From Methanocaldococcus sp. 28A (GTDB lineage: Archaea > AGJL01 > Methanococci > Methanococcales > Methanocaldococcaceae): 64,000 nt of DNA. Made by a program: the position numbers and the translations under genes. The stretch lies in assembly GCA_049852185.1 (NCBI GenBank), contig CP187540.1; one strand, 5' to 3'. Under the pieces are notes generated by a model. That model was not told the origin of the DNA. It saw nothing but the letters and a program-made list of their open reading frames with translations, and searched no databases. The stretch's first letter is position 1; each line of letters opens with the position of its first letter. This document shows, one piece after another, positions 1-10,910 of the stretch.

Positions 1-47
1 GTCAGATTCCTGAAGAATTTAACCCAGAAGAGTTTAAGATAGAGTAA
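1..47 (+). CDS. 3' end of a gene entering from the left edge (...QIPEEFNPEEFKIE*)
   Basis: Open frame from nt 3 to TAA at 45-47, followed by a T-rich tract; product not identifiable. Confidence 0.5.
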   Translation, partial: QIPEEFNPEEFKIE

Positions 48-122
48 GCCAGTTTATTTTATTATATTATTTTAATTTTTATTTTTAATTAATTGTTTTA
101 TTTAATTTCTGAATAGTATTAA

Positions 123-572
123 GTGATTTTTATGAACGAGTTAAAGGTAAAGAGAATTGCAAATGGGACAGTTATAGACCATATAGACGCAGGAAAAGCA
201 TTAATAGTTTTTAAGGTTTTAAATGTCCCAAAAGAAACTTCAGTAATGATAGCTATAAATGTCCCATCAAAAAAGAAAGGAAAAAAAGATATTTTAAAAA
301 TTGAGGGCATTGAACTAAAAAAAGAAGATGTAGATAAAATATCCTTAATTTCTCCAGATGTAACTATCAACATCATTAGAAACTGTAAAGTGGTTAAAAA
401 ATTAAAACCTCAAATTCCAGACAACATAGAAGGGATATTAAAATGTACAAACCCTAACTGCATAACAAATAAAGAAAAAATTAGAGGAAAATTTAAAATA
501 GAGAGTAAAAATCCATTAAAGATTAGATGTTATTATTGTGAGAAGTTTTTAAATGAAGTGGTTTTTGAATGA
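123..572 (+). CDS. pyrI: Aspartate carbamoyltransferase regulatory subunit
   Basis: NGTVIDHI motif, CxNPNC...CxxC zinc site. Confidence 0.95.
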   Translation: MIFMNELKVKRIANGTVIDHIDAGKALIVFKVLNVPKETSVMIAINVPSKKKGKKDILKIEGIELKKEDVDKISLISPDVTINIIRNCKVVKKLKPQIPDNIEGILKCTNPNCITNKEKIRGKFKIESKNPLKIRCYYCEKFLNEVVFE

Positions 573-577
573 TAATA

Positions 578-689
578 TAGTTTTGTGCAAAATAAACTAA
601 ACTTTATAAGGAAAATTTGAATGTTTTCCAAAAAGAAGACATTCATTAATACCTTAATTATTAATTATAAATACTTTTACACAAAACTA
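578..689. mobile_element. Family A MITE-like element
   Basis: TIRs TAGTTTTGTGCAAAA / TTTTACACAAAACTA, TA on both flanks, central GAATG..CATTC hairpin. Confidence 0.85.
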
Positions 690-706
690 TAATTTAAAGG
701 GAGAAT

Positions 707-1093
707 ATGGAATTAAAAGGAAGGAGTATTTCAAAAGGAGTTATTGAAGGAATAGCAATCGTTTCAAAAAAACCATTCTCTTTTTTAGGAGGTGTTGATA
801 AACAAGGAAATATTATTGATAAAGACAGTGATTTATATGGGCAATCCTTAAAAGGAAAAATTTTCGTCTTTCCTTATGGTAGAGGAAGCACAGTAGGTTC
901 TTATGTAATTTATGGTTTAGCAAAGAAAGGGATTTTAAAGGGGATAGTTAATAAAGAATGTGAGCCAATAGTTGCTACTGGAGCTATTTTAGGGGGGATT
1001 CCATTAGTTGATAAAATAGAGATAGAAAAAATAAAAACTGGAGATAGGATTGTTGTTGATGGAAATAAAGGAGTTGTAAAAATTTTAAGATAA
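707..1093 (+). CDS. DUF126 / aconitase X swivel subunit (phosphomevalonate dehydratase small subunit-like)
   Basis: SFLGGVD and GRGSTVGSY motifs. Confidence 0.85.
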   Translation: MELKGRSISKGVIEGIAIVSKKPFSFLGGVDKQGNIIDKDSDLYGQSLKGKIFVFPYGRGSTVGSYVIYGLAKKGILKGIVNKECEPIVATGAILGGIPLVDKIEIEKIKTGDRIVVDGNKGVVKILR

Positions 1094-1182
1094 TATCCAA
1101 TAACAAAGTATGAATAAATCTTGATTTTTAAATTTTAGGTTTAGTTTATAATCTATTTTAAAAACTTTTTTGGTGATAATTT

Positions 1183-2196
1183 ATGAGTAGAGATGCTAAT
1201 CCATTCAAAAAAATGCCAACAATCTTAATGCCTGATGAATTGATGGCTAAAGCTTTAAGAAGAGGAGAAAAAGTTGCAAATGAGATGAGAAAGAAAGAGT
1301 TACCCTGGCTATTAAAAGCAAGATTTGTGGAAGAACATAAAGTAAGAACAATAGCCTCAGTTGTTGCTGATAATTTACAAAAAGTTATAGACAAAACACC
1401 TCCAGTAAGAAAGCTTCCTAAATTTTATCAGGAGATGGTTGAAGTTTTAGTAGGAATAGATGATTTCAAAAAATCTATGGGAGCGTTTAAATGGGCATCT
1501 GAATTAGTTAGAAAATTAGGTAATGAATATGCAAGAAAAATTAGAAAAGCAAAAACTCCACAACAGGCAGGAAAATTAAGGAAGGAATTTGTTGGTAGAG
1601 TTAAATCTATATTAGAGCAGATTCATCCAGAGATGGCATTTGTTGCTGTAGCAAGAGAGAAGCTAAAAGATTTGCCAACATTCAAAGACCTTCCAACTGT
1701 TGTTATTGCAGGTTATCCAAATGTTGGTAAATCAACATTATTAAAAAAACTTACTGGAGCTGATGTTGAAATAAATAGCTATCCTTTTACAACTAAGGGA
1801 ATAAATGTTGGATATATTGGAGAGATTCAGATGGTTGATACTCCTGGATTGTTAGACAGACCTTTATATGAAAGGAATGATATTGAGTTACAGGCTATTT
1901 TAGCTCTCAACTATTTGGCTAATTTAATTTTATTTATAATAGATGCCAGTGAATTTTGTGGTTATACTATAGATGAGCAGATAAATCTATTAAAAGAAAT
2001 AAAAGAGTTGTTTAAAGTCCCTATTGTTGTAGCCATAAATAAAATTGATTTAGTAAATGAAGAAAAAATTAAAGAAATTGAAAAGAAAGTAAGAGAAGTA
2101 GGAATTGAAAAAATATTAAAAATCTCAGCAGAAAAAGGTATTGGATTAGAAGAATTAAATAGAACTTTCGCATCCACATTTAAATACTTAGATTAA
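1183..2196 (+). CDS. NOG1-family GTPase; last ~11 codons supplied by the adjacent IS end
   Basis: GYPNVGKS, YPFTT, DTPG, NKID motifs; reads into the IS TIR at 2160. Confidence 0.9.
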   Translation: MSRDANPFKKMPTILMPDELMAKALRRGEKVANEMRKKELPWLLKARFVEEHKVRTIASVVADNLQKVIDKTPPVRKLPKFYQEMVEVLVGIDDFKKSMGAFKWASELVRKLGNEYARKIRKAKTPQQAGKLRKEFVGRVKSILEQIHPEMAFVAVAREKLKDLPTFKDLPTVVIAGYPNVGKSTLLKKLTGADVEINSYPFTTKGINVGYIGEIQMVDTPGLLDRPLYERNDIELQAILALNYLANLILFIIDASEFCGYTIDEQINLLKEIKELFKVPIVVAINKIDLVNEEKIKEIEKKVREVGIEKILKISAEKGIGLEELNRTFASTFKYLD

Positions 2197-3294
2197 CGAT
2201 AAACCAATTTCTTCACACAAAGAGATTATGGCATTACCAACGGCTATTCGATTTAGTTTTCTTCTAAGTTCGTACCAACTGATATTTTTATCGATTCTAA
2301 TTTTCTCTAAGAGGTAGAAGGCTCTCATAGAAAGGGAGATATGACCTAAAATTGGAAATTTTTTTCTAACGAAGAAATTGCCTGTATTACAGCACTGTTT
2401 AACACCCCTATGGAATTCCTCGATTCTCCAAGAGGCGTTTTTGACCTCTTGGAATTCTTCGAAACTCATAAATAGGTTATTAGTTATATAATATTTTGCC
2501 TTTCCGTTTTTGGAAAGGCAGAAGAGTCTAACATAGCCAACTTTTCGTAGATAAACGATTAATCCATTCTTAGGAATTTCCTTAAGGTCTTCGATTGATA
2601 CCCACTTTCCGTTTTTGGAGAGTTTTACCTTTCTATTCCTTTTAATTCTGCAGAGGTAGAATAAACCTAAACTATCGATAAGTTTTAAGTTATCTTTACT
2701 TGAATACCAACTATCGAAACAGATATATCTAATATTTAATCCTTTATCTACTAAAGACTTTATTATCTCCCTACATAAATTATTTTTCGTCTTTCCATCT
2801 CTTGGTCTGTCATATACTCTAAAATCGATTGGAATAATATGTTTTCCATTTGTAATTATGCAATCAACGATATGTATGCCTTTAATTACTCGTTTATGTA
2901 GATTACTCCAACAATAATAAGCAAATTCAGTCGATTTAGAGTAAATTTTATCTATAACAAAGTCATCTATAACGACAATATTATAATCAGGAGTGATTAA
3001 ATCTTTAACGAAATTAAAAAGCTTTTCTTGTGGGAAGATTCCTTCTTCCCAAAGTATTCTATTTATTGTATCGTGAGATATGTCGATTCCGAAAATACGC
3101 AACGTTTTCGATAACTCTACACACGAATTAATCTCTGAAAGTAATATAAAAAGCATATAAACGATAGTCCTCGACATTTTTAGCATATTTTCCCCAAAAT
3201 AAACTTTTTGTTTCGAAAAATTATAATATCTAATAAAAATAGATTATCATGAAATGTTATAATAAAATATTTAAATATGCTTGCAAAAGTCCTA
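2160..3294 (-). mobile_element. IS701-like insertion sequence, copy 1
   Basis: TIRs TAGAACTTTCGCA / TGCAAAAGTCCTA; near-identical to 16828..17962; flanks (TTAAA / TAATA) do not form a TSD. Confidence 0.9.
2188..3186 (-). CDS. IS701-family DDE transposase
   Basis: VIDD..DK, FDSWY, WxIEEFHRGVKQ motifs. Confidence 0.9.
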   Translation of the reverse strand: MLKMSRTIVYMLFILLSEINSCVELSKTLRIFGIDISHDTINRILWEEGIFPQEKLFNFVKDLITPDYNIVVIDDFVIDKIYSKSTEFAYYCWSNLHKRVIKGIHIVDCIITNGKHIIPIDFRVYDRPRDGKTKNNLCREIIKSLVDKGLNIRYICFDSWYSSKDNLKLIDSLGLFYLCRIKRNRKVKLSKNGKWVSIEDLKEIPKNGLIVYLRKVGYVRLFCLSKNGKAKYYITNNLFMSFEEFQEVKNASWRIEEFHRGVKQCCNTGNFFVRKKFPILGHISLSMRAFYLLEKIRIDKNISWYELRRKLNRIAVGNAIISLCEEIGLSLI

Positions 3295-3327
3295 TAATAA
3301 TAAGTAATATATAACTATCCTATAATA

Positions 3328-3436
3328 TAGTTGTGTGCAAAACTATCTTAATTAAAAAAGGTATTAAAGAATGCCTTCTAAAAGGAAGGCATCCAAATTA
3401 TCCTTACAAAAGTTTATTTCATTTTGCACACAACTA
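3328..3436. mobile_element. Family A MITE-like element
   Basis: Perfect 15-bp TIR TAGTTGTGTGCAAAA, TA flanks, central hairpin. Confidence 0.9.
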
Positions 3437-3444
3437 TAATAGAA

Positions 3445-4497
3445 TTATTGCTTATACCACTCATTAAATTTATTTTCTATAAATTCTCTTATTTTTATAG
3501 GTTCTAAACCATTAGCTATGCTATAAACTGCTACTCCTCCAGCTCCAACACCCTCTTTTACTGAACCTTTGCAGTAATTTTTTAACCCTTCAATTTTCGC
3601 ATCTTCAAAATAAAACTTAGATGCTAATATTGGAATTTCTCCAATTTGCTCAACTATCCCTTTTAAATCTCCTTTTTTATCATTTAAAACAAATTCAGTA
3701 GTACCTATGGCTATTAAGTTTTTATCTAAAATTTCTCGATTGATTTCTTTTATAATAGAGAGAACTGCACTCATCTGAGTGCCTCCAGCTAATATAACGG
3801 GCTTATTTTTTTCAGCAAAACTTATAGCTAAACCAGCAACAACAGGCATCATTTTATCTCCAACCGCATTTAAAACATCAAAGACAGATGAGTTTTCATT
3901 TATATCTGCTTTCTTTAAACCCTCTCTAACAATCTTTATTTTTAATTCATGAGGGTTATTTACAGAGCCAGAGCTAACCTTTCCCTCGGCATCATATCCT
4001 AAACCTAATAAAACTCCTAAGGCTGTTGTAGTTCCTCCAGGAACACTTTCTCCAACTATTAGCATATCAGCATCTAAGTTTTTTCCTAAAAGATAACCTT
4101 TTTTAAATAATTCTTTTGAGTTATTCATAGCTTTACCTTCTTCTATTTTTCCTGTAGGTTTTTCATCTACTTCTATAAAAGGAATCTTTGGTTTAATAAA
4201 AGCTCCAGCATCTATATGTAAGTTTTTTATATTTTTTAGCTCAACACATGCCCTTGTAATAGTTGCGGGGCTTGGAGAACCTGTAGCATCTATAGGTGGA
4301 GTTTTTAAAGTTAATGACTTTCCATAAAAAACAAGCTCAACATCTGCAGATGGTGTGTATTTAATAACCTCTCTATGAACTCCAGATATTGGTATGTATA
4401 AGGTTGTTTCTATTGATGAAATTACACAAGTAAATAATGGATTTTTTCCTTTAATTTTATCTAAAAATCCATTTTCATTTATTGCTATTATATGCAT
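3445..4497 (-). CDS. cobT: Archaeal nicotinate-mononucleotide:base phosphoribosyltransferase (CobT-like)
   Basis: GESVPGGTTTA, LAGGTQM, VKEGVGAGG motifs. Confidence 0.85.
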   Translation of the reverse strand: MHIIAINENGFLDKIKGKNPLFTCVISSIETTLYIPISGVHREVIKYTPSADVELVFYGKSLTLKTPPIDATGSPSPATITRACVELKNIKNLHIDAGAFIKPKIPFIEVDEKPTGKIEEGKAMNNSKELFKKGYLLGKNLDADMLIVGESVPGGTTTALGVLLGLGYDAEGKVSSGSVNNPHELKIKIVREGLKKADINENSSVFDVLNAVGDKMMPVVAGLAISFAEKNKPVILAGGTQMSAVLSIIKEINREILDKNLIAIGTTEFVLNDKKGDLKGIVEQIGEIPILASKFYFEDAKIEGLKNYCKGSVKEGVGAGGVAVYSIANGLEPIKIREFIENKFNEWYKQ

Positions 4498-4509
4498 TTT
4501 TATCCCTCA

Positions 4510-5343
4510 TTATATATTTAATCCTCGTTTTCTCAGCTCTTCATAAACTTCATAAGGTACTTTAGGTTTTTCCAAAATTTTTTTAGCCTTTTCTTTTGAT
4601 AACAAACCTAATCTAACAAGTGTTGCTACTCTATCAATCTCAAAGCTAAAACCATATTTATTATAAAATCTCTCCAATGCTACACCGAGCACTAAACAAT
4701 TTGTTGTATATCCTCCCAAATCTGGTTTTTTCCAAGGTAAATCTTCCAACATTTTATATTTCTCCTCTTCTTTAAATTTGTAAGGAGCTAATAATCTTAT
4801 CATCTTTATGCCTTCTTTCATTTCCCTTATTGCTGAATGTCCGAAAGGTAATTCATGCCCTGTAATTATATACTTCAACCTTAACAATTTAGCAACTCTC
4901 CAAACCTCTCTTAATATTAATTTTGAGCATCTTCTACAAGGGCTTTCTCCTCTTTTTATAGCATCTTCAAATAATTCAGTATAATCTCTATTTAATATCA
5001 TTAAATCAACATTATAATGTTTAGTTACATTTAAAGCATTTTCTATAGCTTCTTTAGCCATATACCTATTATCAACCATAACACATAATGGATTTAGTTT
5101 AAATTTCTTTTTTAATAGTTTTAATGCTAAAACACTATCTTTTCCACCAGAAAATGCTAAAACACAATGATATTTCCCAACTTCTTTTTTTAAATTAAAT
5201 AGAATTTCTTCAACCTCTTCTCTCATCTTATCGAAATTTGGTGGATACTTTAGCATTGTTAAACAATCTACACATATTGGTTTGCCTTCATGATTAACTA
5301 TCTTTTTTGTTTTTGATGTATGAACACAGATTGAACATTCCAT
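4510..5343 (-). CDS. PP-loop (N-type ATP pyrophosphatase) superfamily protein
   Basis: AFSGGKDS motif, N-terminal CxxC pairs. Confidence 0.75.
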   Translation of the reverse strand: MECSICVHTSKTKKIVNHEGKPICVDCLTMLKYPPNFDKMREEVEEILFNLKKEVGKYHCVLAFSGGKDSVLALKLLKKKFKLNPLCVMVDNRYMAKEAIENALNVTKHYNVDLMILNRDYTELFEDAIKRGESPCRRCSKLILREVWRVAKLLRLKYIITGHELPFGHSAIREMKEGIKMIRLLAPYKFKEEEKYKMLEDLPWKKPDLGGYTTNCLVLGVALERFYNKYGFSFEIDRVATLVRLGLLSKEKAKKILEKPKVPYEVYEELRKRGLNI

Positions 5344-5420
5344 AATTTCACAGATAACATTTTATATGTGGATGAAAATTTATCAAAATTATAATATTAA
5401 ATTAATTTAAGGGGAGATGA

Positions 5421-5954
5421 ATGTTTTATAAGTTATTGTTTGCATCGCTTTGGTATATATTGCCAGCTTATGTTGCTAATGCTTCAGCATGTATTTTTGG
5501 TGGAGGAACTCCAGTAGATTTAGGAAAAAATTTTATTGATGGAAGAAGATTGATAGGTAATGGTGTAACATATAAAGGCAGTGTTTTTGGAATCCTATGT
5601 GGAACCTTAGTTGGAGTAATACAAGGAATTTTAGTAAATTTTAATATTTTTAACAGCTTAGATTTTTATGGTTCTGTTATTGACCATGCAATATTAGCTT
5701 TCTTTTTATCTACTGGGGCTGTTGTTGGTGATGCAGTTGGTAGTTTTATAAAAAGAAGATTAAATATTGAAAGAGGAAAACCTGCTCCATTATTAGACCA
5801 GCTTGATTTTGTAATTGGAGCTTTAGCATTTGGTTATATTGTAGCTCCAATACCTCAAGAGATGGCAATTATAATCTGTCTATTTACCGTGTTTATACAT
5901 TTACTTGGAAATATAATCGCTTATAAATTGGGAATTAAAGATGTTTGGTGGTAG
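5421..5954 (+). CDS. carS: CDP-archaeol synthase
   Basis: PVDxG..DGRR, GDxxGSFIKRR, LDQLDF motifs. Confidence 0.92.
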   Translation: MFYKLLFASLWYILPAYVANASACIFGGGTPVDLGKNFIDGRRLIGNGVTYKGSVFGILCGTLVGVIQGILVNFNIFNSLDFYGSVIDHAILAFFLSTGAVVGDAVGSFIKRRLNIERGKPAPLLDQLDFVIGALAFGYIVAPIPQEMAIIICLFTVFIHLLGNIIAYKLGIKDVWW

Positions 5955-6439
5955 AGATGATAACTATAGATATTGAGTTAAAAGATAAACCTGGTGAATT
6001 ATTGAGAGTCTTAACACCAATCTCAAAACATGGGGCTAATGTAATAAGTGTTATACATTCAAGAGAAGAAAAGAGAGGAGGAAAAGTTCCTGTAAGGATT
6101 GTTATTGATGTTGATGATAAAGAAAAATTAAAAAATATTTTAGAGGATTTAGAAAAGGAAGGGGCTATAATTAAAAAAATTGATGGGAAGGATAAAAAGG
6201 TTTATTTGGATGTTGTTGTTATAGGGCATGTTGTTGACACTAATATAAGAGATACAATAGATAGAATAAATGAAATAGGTCTTGTTGAAGATTTAGATTT
6301 AATTATGCCACATCCAGATAAAGAATCGTCAGCAATGATGAGAATTATTATTGATAAAGATAAAATAGAAGAACTATTTTATCTATTTGAAAAATTAGAA
6401 ATAGAAAAAGGTCTGTTATTTATAAAATCCATGTTTTAA
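5945..6439 (+). CDS. ACT-domain protein (putative homoserine dehydrogenase regulator)
   Basis: [11 protein letters not shown] motif; directly upstream of hom. Confidence 0.8.
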   Translation: MVVEMITIDIELKDKPGELLRVLTPISKHGANVISVIHSREEKRGGKVPVRIVIDVDDKEKLKNILEDLEKEGAIIKKIDGKDKKVYLDVVVIGHVVDTNIRDTIDRINEIGLVEDLDLIMPHPDKESSAMMRIIIDKDKIEELFYLFEKLEIEKGLLFIKSMF

Positions 6440-6471
6440 AACAATATTTTGCAGATATTAATATTGGTGAG

Positions 6472-7485
6472 ATGATGGACATTATCATAATTGGATTTGG
6501 AGCTATAGGGAAGGGAGTTGCTAAGGTTTTGCATGAAAAGAGAGAATATTTAAAGAAAAACTATGAAGAGTTTAAGGTTGTTGCTATAACAGATAGCTCT
6601 GGAGCTGCAATAGATGAAAATGGGCTAAATTTACAAAAGGCAATAGAAGTTAAAGAGAAGACAGGAAAAATTAAAAATTATCCAGAAAAAGGAAAAGAAA
6701 TAAGCTCCATAGATGTTATAAGAAATGTTGATGCAGATGTTGTTGTTGAAGTAACACCATCAAACTTAGAGACAGGAGAACCTGCTAAAACCCACATCTT
6801 AGAAAGCTTTAAAAATAAAAAACATGTTGTAACTGCTAATAAAGGGCCTTTAGCTTTATGTTATAAAGAGCTGATTGAAGAAGCAAAAAAATATAATGTT
6901 ATTTTTAGACACGAGGCATCAGTTGGAGGAGCCATGCCAATAATAAACTTAGCTAAGGAAACATTAGCTGGAAATGAAATTTTATCAATAAGAGGAATTT
7001 TAAATGGAACAACCAACTATATATTAACAAAGATGGAAAAAGAGGGTTTAGATTTTGAAACTGCATTAAAAGAAGCTAAGGAATTAGGGATAGCTGAAAC
7101 AGACCCAACTCAAGATATTGAAGGTTTAGACACTGCAGCAAAGATTGTTATTTTAGCCAATTCAATTATAGGAATGGATAAAACAATTAAAGATGTAAAG
7201 GTTAAAGGAATTAAAAGGATAACTCCAGAAGCTCTATTTTTAGCTAATAAAAGAGGATATACAATAAAATTAATTGGGCAAATTAAAGATAAACACTTAA
7301 TCGTTGAGCCAATGCTTGTTCCAATAGACAATCCATTAAATGTCAAAGGAACTTTAAATGTCGCAATGTTTGAAACTGATTTGGCAAAAGAGGTTGTGGT
7401 TGTTGGAAGGGGAGCTGGGCCTATAGAGACAGCATCAGCTATTTTAAGTGATTTAATCCATATTTATCAAGCTACAAAAAGATAA
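6472..7485 (+). CDS. hom: Homoserine dehydrogenase
   Basis: [31 protein letters not shown] motifs. Confidence 0.95.
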   Translation: MMDIIIIGFGAIGKGVAKVLHEKREYLKKNYEEFKVVAITDSSGAAIDENGLNLQKAIEVKEKTGKIKNYPEKGKEISSIDVIRNVDADVVVEVTPSNLETGEPAKTHILESFKNKKHVVTANKGPLALCYKELIEEAKKYNVIFRHEASVGGAMPIINLAKETLAGNEILSIRGILNGTTNYILTKMEKEGLDFETALKEAKELGIAETDPTQDIEGLDTAAKIVILANSIIGMDKTIKDVKVKGIKRITPEALFLANKRGYTIKLIGQIKDKHLIVEPMLVPIDNPLNVKGTLNVAMFETDLAKEVVVVGRGAGPIETASAILSDLIHIYQATKR

Positions 7486-7508
7486 CTAATTTTGTTAATT
7501 ATTGATTT

Positions 7509-8369
7509 TTATTTTTTATTACCAGTATCCTGTGCTGTTGGATAAGGCATAAACTCAACAGTTCCTCTCTGCCTTATTGGTTGCTTATACAACTCCATTA
7601 GAATATAAACTTCGTCTGGAACATTTGTATCTACATTTAAACCAAGTTTTTTAGCTTCTTCAACAGTTATTGGATAGTCATGAGTCCATCTACCTTCTGT
7701 TAATGTCTTAGATAGCTCTTTAGCTTTTTCTTCCCCATATCTATCCTTTAATAAATTATATACAAAATTTTGTACTTGATTTATTGCTTTTTTAGCAATG
7801 TCTGCTAATATTAAAGTCTGGTCATCTACTTTTTCAACACCTTTCTGTTCAACAGCCCTAACAATACTTGGAGCAGGATACTGCCCAAGTTGTGGGTCTA
7901 CAGGTCCTAAGACGGCATTTTCATCCATAATTATTTTATCTGCGGCTAAAGCTATTAAAGTTCCTCCACTCATTGCGTAATGAGGAACTATAACTCTCGT
8001 TTCTGCTGGATGAGCCTTTAACGCTTTAGCTATTTGAGTAGCTGCTAAAACTAAACCTCCTGGTGTGTGTATAATCAAATCTATTGGTTTATCTTTAGGA
8101 GCAGACCTTATAGCTCTCAAAATCTCTTCACTATCTTCAATGGTTATAAATTTATAAACTGGAATCCCAAATAAACCAATACTTTCTTGCCTGTGTATCA
8201 ATGTTATCACTGTTGAATTCCTCTTATTTGAAAGTTCTTTAAGGATTTTTAATCTTGCAAGCTGTAATTGTTTATATTGTATTTGTGGAGCCATAATCAG
8301 ATAAAAGAATAGAAGCCACCAAATTAATGAGCCAATAAAACCACTAAACATATCCATTATTATCCCCAT
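7509..8369 (-). CDS. SDH-family Clp-fold serine protease
   Basis: HTPGG, AMSGGT, LGPVDPQ, WTHDYPI motifs. Confidence 0.88.
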   Translation of the reverse strand: MGIIMDMFSGFIGSLIWWLLFFYLIMAPQIQYKQLQLARLKILKELSNKRNSTVITLIHRQESIGLFGIPVYKFITIEDSEEILRAIRSAPKDKPIDLIIHTPGGLVLAATQIAKALKAHPAETRVIVPHYAMSGGTLIALAADKIIMDENAVLGPVDPQLGQYPAPSIVRAVEQKGVEKVDDQTLILADIAKKAINQVQNFVYNLLKDRYGEEKAKELSKTLTEGRWTHDYPITVEEAKKLGLNVDTNVPDEVYILMELYKQPIRQRGTVEFMPYPTAQDTGNKK

Positions 8370-8371
8370 TA

Positions 8372-8536
8372 ATTATTTTCTTTATCCATTTATCTAACAT
8401 CTCTAAAAAATTACCTTCGCATAGGACTTCGCCCTATTGCTATACCCAGGATGCATTGCTTCCCTTAGGAAGCAATGCCTCTTAAATTATTATTTTCTTT
8501 ATCCATTTATCTAACATCTCTAAAAAATTATCTTCG
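8372..8536. repeat. 48-bp direct duplication (8372-8419 / 8489-8536) flanking a 69-bp family C hairpin cassette (8420-8488)
   Basis: 47/48 identity between copies; insert holds hairpins ATAGGAC-TTC-GCCCTAT and GCATTGCTTCC-CTTA-GGAAGCAATGC. Confidence 0.9.
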
Positions 8537-9930
8537 TTATCATTTATATTATTGTCTATTTCAATCTCTGGGATTTCTATTTCTAAATCAACATTAAAGG
8601 CATTTCTGCAGAAGTTTTCATAATCAATTTCTACCTCTGGAATTAATCCTCTACTCTCATTAACCACTTTTTTTATTCCATAAACTCTTATATTATATTT
8701 TTCAGCCAAATTTTTTAATTTCCCAAATAAATTCCAATCATACACTTTGTTTAAAATTATTCCCTCAACTTTAATCCCTAAATCTTTAAGTAAGCTGTAA
8801 TATGCCATTGCTTCTACAAAAGCCCCTTCTATTCCACTTATATTACAAGGACTTATTATATAAACTGGAAATCCAAGCCTTTTGGCAATTTGGTATGAGG
8901 AGATATTTTTTAATGCAGCTGTAAAAGCCCCCATAACTCCCTCAACAATAATATAATTATAATCTGATTTTTTTATATAATCTAAAAATTCAAAAACCTC
9001 CACCCATCCTCTCTCTCCAATCTTTATACTATTGTATTTTGTCATCCTCTCTCTCAATAAATATAAAGCTGGCACTATATCTCTAACATCTCCCCCAATT
9101 TTAGCAACAAAAACCCTTCCCTCTAATTTTGCAGATATAGCAGTGGTTAAAAATGTCTTTCCACTATTTGACGATGTAGCCAATAAAATAATTCCTCTCT
9201 TTTTATTTTTATCTTTCTTAGTATTATTATTTTTAATACTTTCTGGATTTAGCCTATATTTTAAAGCTCTCTTCCTTAGCTCATCCTTTATAATCTTATT
9301 TTTTTCAAAAATTTTCTCTTTTTCATCCTCTGTAACTCCCATAAACTTTAAAAAATTATCTCTAATAAATTCATTATCTAAGAAGTTATGAACCATTGTC
9401 CCAAACACTTTGCCTTTAAAAGCTCCAGAGATTATTTCTTGTTCTTTACTTAATTTATAATTTAGTTTTCTTACTTTTGAAATCGTAAAAATTTTTGTTT
9501 CTTTATCAACTATCTTAATGTCTCCATAGGTGTGACAGTGAAACCCCTCTCCTTTTCCTTCCCCGAATATTGATTTTTTCATCTCAAATTCAACTCTATC
9601 CGTACAAACCAATGGATAAAATTCAACATCTAACAAACCTAAACCCTCCCTAACAATTGGAATTACACTTTTCCTTCCAATGTCTATTTTTTTTGATAAG
9701 ATTTGGAATCCACTACATATTCCTATTATATAACCATCAAAGTTAATTATTTCTTTTTTTATCTCTTCATTTAATGATTTACTTTCAACTAAACTACCTC
9801 CTGGTATTATTAAAGTATCTAAATCTTTAATTTCTTTGTAGTTTTTTTCGTCTATAATTTTTGTTGTAAGATTTCCAAAATCTTCAAATAATGGTAGGGA
9901 ACCTTTTATATCTAAAATGCCAATTTCCAT
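8482..9930 (-). CDS. CobB/CobQ-like glutamine amidotransferase-ATPase
   Basis: GICSGFQ nucleophile elbow, SNSGKT P-loop, EGVMG. Confidence 0.8.
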   Translation of the reverse strand: MEIGILDIKGSLPLFEDFGNLTTKIIDEKNYKEIKDLDTLIIPGGSLVESKSLNEEIKKEIINFDGYIIGICSGFQILSKKIDIGRKSVIPIVREGLGLLDVEFYPLVCTDRVEFEMKKSIFGEGKGEGFHCHTYGDIKIVDKETKIFTISKVRKLNYKLSKEQEIISGAFKGKVFGTMVHNFLDNEFIRDNFLKFMGVTEDEKEKIFEKNKIIKDELRKRALKYRLNPESIKNNNTKKDKNKKRGIILLATSSNSGKTFLTTAISAKLEGRVFVAKIGGDVRDIVPALYLLRERMTKYNSIKIGERGWVEVFEFLDYIKKSDYNYIIVEGVMGAFTAALKNISSYQIAKRLGFPVYIISPCNISGIEGAFVEAMAYYSLLKDLGIKVEGIILNKVYDWNLFGKLKNLAEKYNIRVYGIKKVVNESRGLIPEVEIDYENFCRNAFNVDLEIEIPEIEIDNNINDNEDNFLEMLDKWIKKIII

Positions 9931-9975
9931 AAATTACCCCCCTATAGTCTATAAAAAATACTAATTGTGATATAA

Positions 9976-10605
9976 ATGGATTTAAAAGATATAAAGTTGA
10001 GGAAGATTATAGAAATATTAAGTTTAATTTTTACATTTGAGATAGTTATTTCTTTTATATTATCAACTTATAACCCTTCCTATCAAGATTTGTTAATAAG
10101 ATTAGATTATATTTCGATAATATTCTTTACCTTTGAATTTATATACAACTTCTATTATGCTAAAGATAAAGCAAAATTTTTTAAAGATGTTTATAATATT
10201 GTTGATGCTATAGTCATATTTGCATTCATACTATATTCTTTACAGATATTCTATTCAAAAGCGTTTTTAGGCCTAAGAGTAATAAATATTTTAAGAATTT
10301 TGGTTCTACTTAGAATAATTAAGTTGAGGAGGTTAAAAGAAAATCAGGAATTATTTAACTTTTTATCACTATTAATAATTTGCTTTATTTCTTCATGTTT
10401 AATATGGATTGCTGAATCAGGTGTAAATCCTGCAATAAACAATTTTTTTGATGCTTTTTATTTTACAACAATATCTATAACAACAGTAGGTTATGGAGAT
10501 ATAACTCCAAAAACAGCAGCTGGGAAGCTGATAATAATATTCTCTGTCTTATTCTTTATTTCTGGATTAATTACATCATTGCAAAAGGCTTTAAAGGGAG
10601 AGTAA
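9976..10605 (+). CDS. mvp: Hyperpolarization-activated voltage-gated K+ channel (MVP-like)
   Basis: S4 LRVINILRILVLLRIIKLRR, TTVGYGD filter. Confidence 0.88.
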   Translation: MDLKDIKLRKIIEILSLIFTFEIVISFILSTYNPSYQDLLIRLDYISIIFFTFEFIYNFYYAKDKAKFFKDVYNIVDAIVIFAFILYSLQIFYSKAFLGLRVINILRILVLLRIIKLRRLKENQELFNFLSLLIICFISSCLIWIAESGVNPAINNFFDAFYFTTISITTVGYGDITPKTAAGKLIIIFSVLFFISGLITSLQKALKGE

Positions 10606-10910
10606 CCATAGAGGGGGCGTAGCCCCCTCTATTGGGATACTCCCCCATAAGCTTGTATTAGTTTAATAATAAGAGGCATTACCGAGCGAAGCGAGGTAAT
10701 GCATCCCGGGTATTCCGAACCATAGGGCTAACGCCTTATTGATATGAACCTTTTAGAAAAAGGTTCATCAAAAAATTTGGGGTATACCAATAGGGGCATA
10801 GCCCCTATGGTTCGGGATACCCAAAATTTACACCTCTGCCAAAGGCAGAGGTGTTAGGGAGTATAGCAATAGAGGGTTTCCCTCTATGCGGTGTTGAGCC
10901 CTATGGTTAT
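10602..10910. repeat. Family C composite hairpin cassette (~309 bp, 7+ stem-loops) flanked by 19-bp direct repeats (10583-10601 / 10911-10929)
   Basis: GC-rich island; terminal IR TAACCATAG / CTATGGTTA; flanking repeat AAAAGGCTTTAAAGGGAGA. Confidence 0.9.

Noticed and set aside
10602-10910. GC-rich island as tRNA, SRP, RNase P RNA or CRISPR
   Set aside because: No cloverleaf or conserved SRP/RNase P motifs, no regular repeat-spacer period, and modules occur in both orientations.
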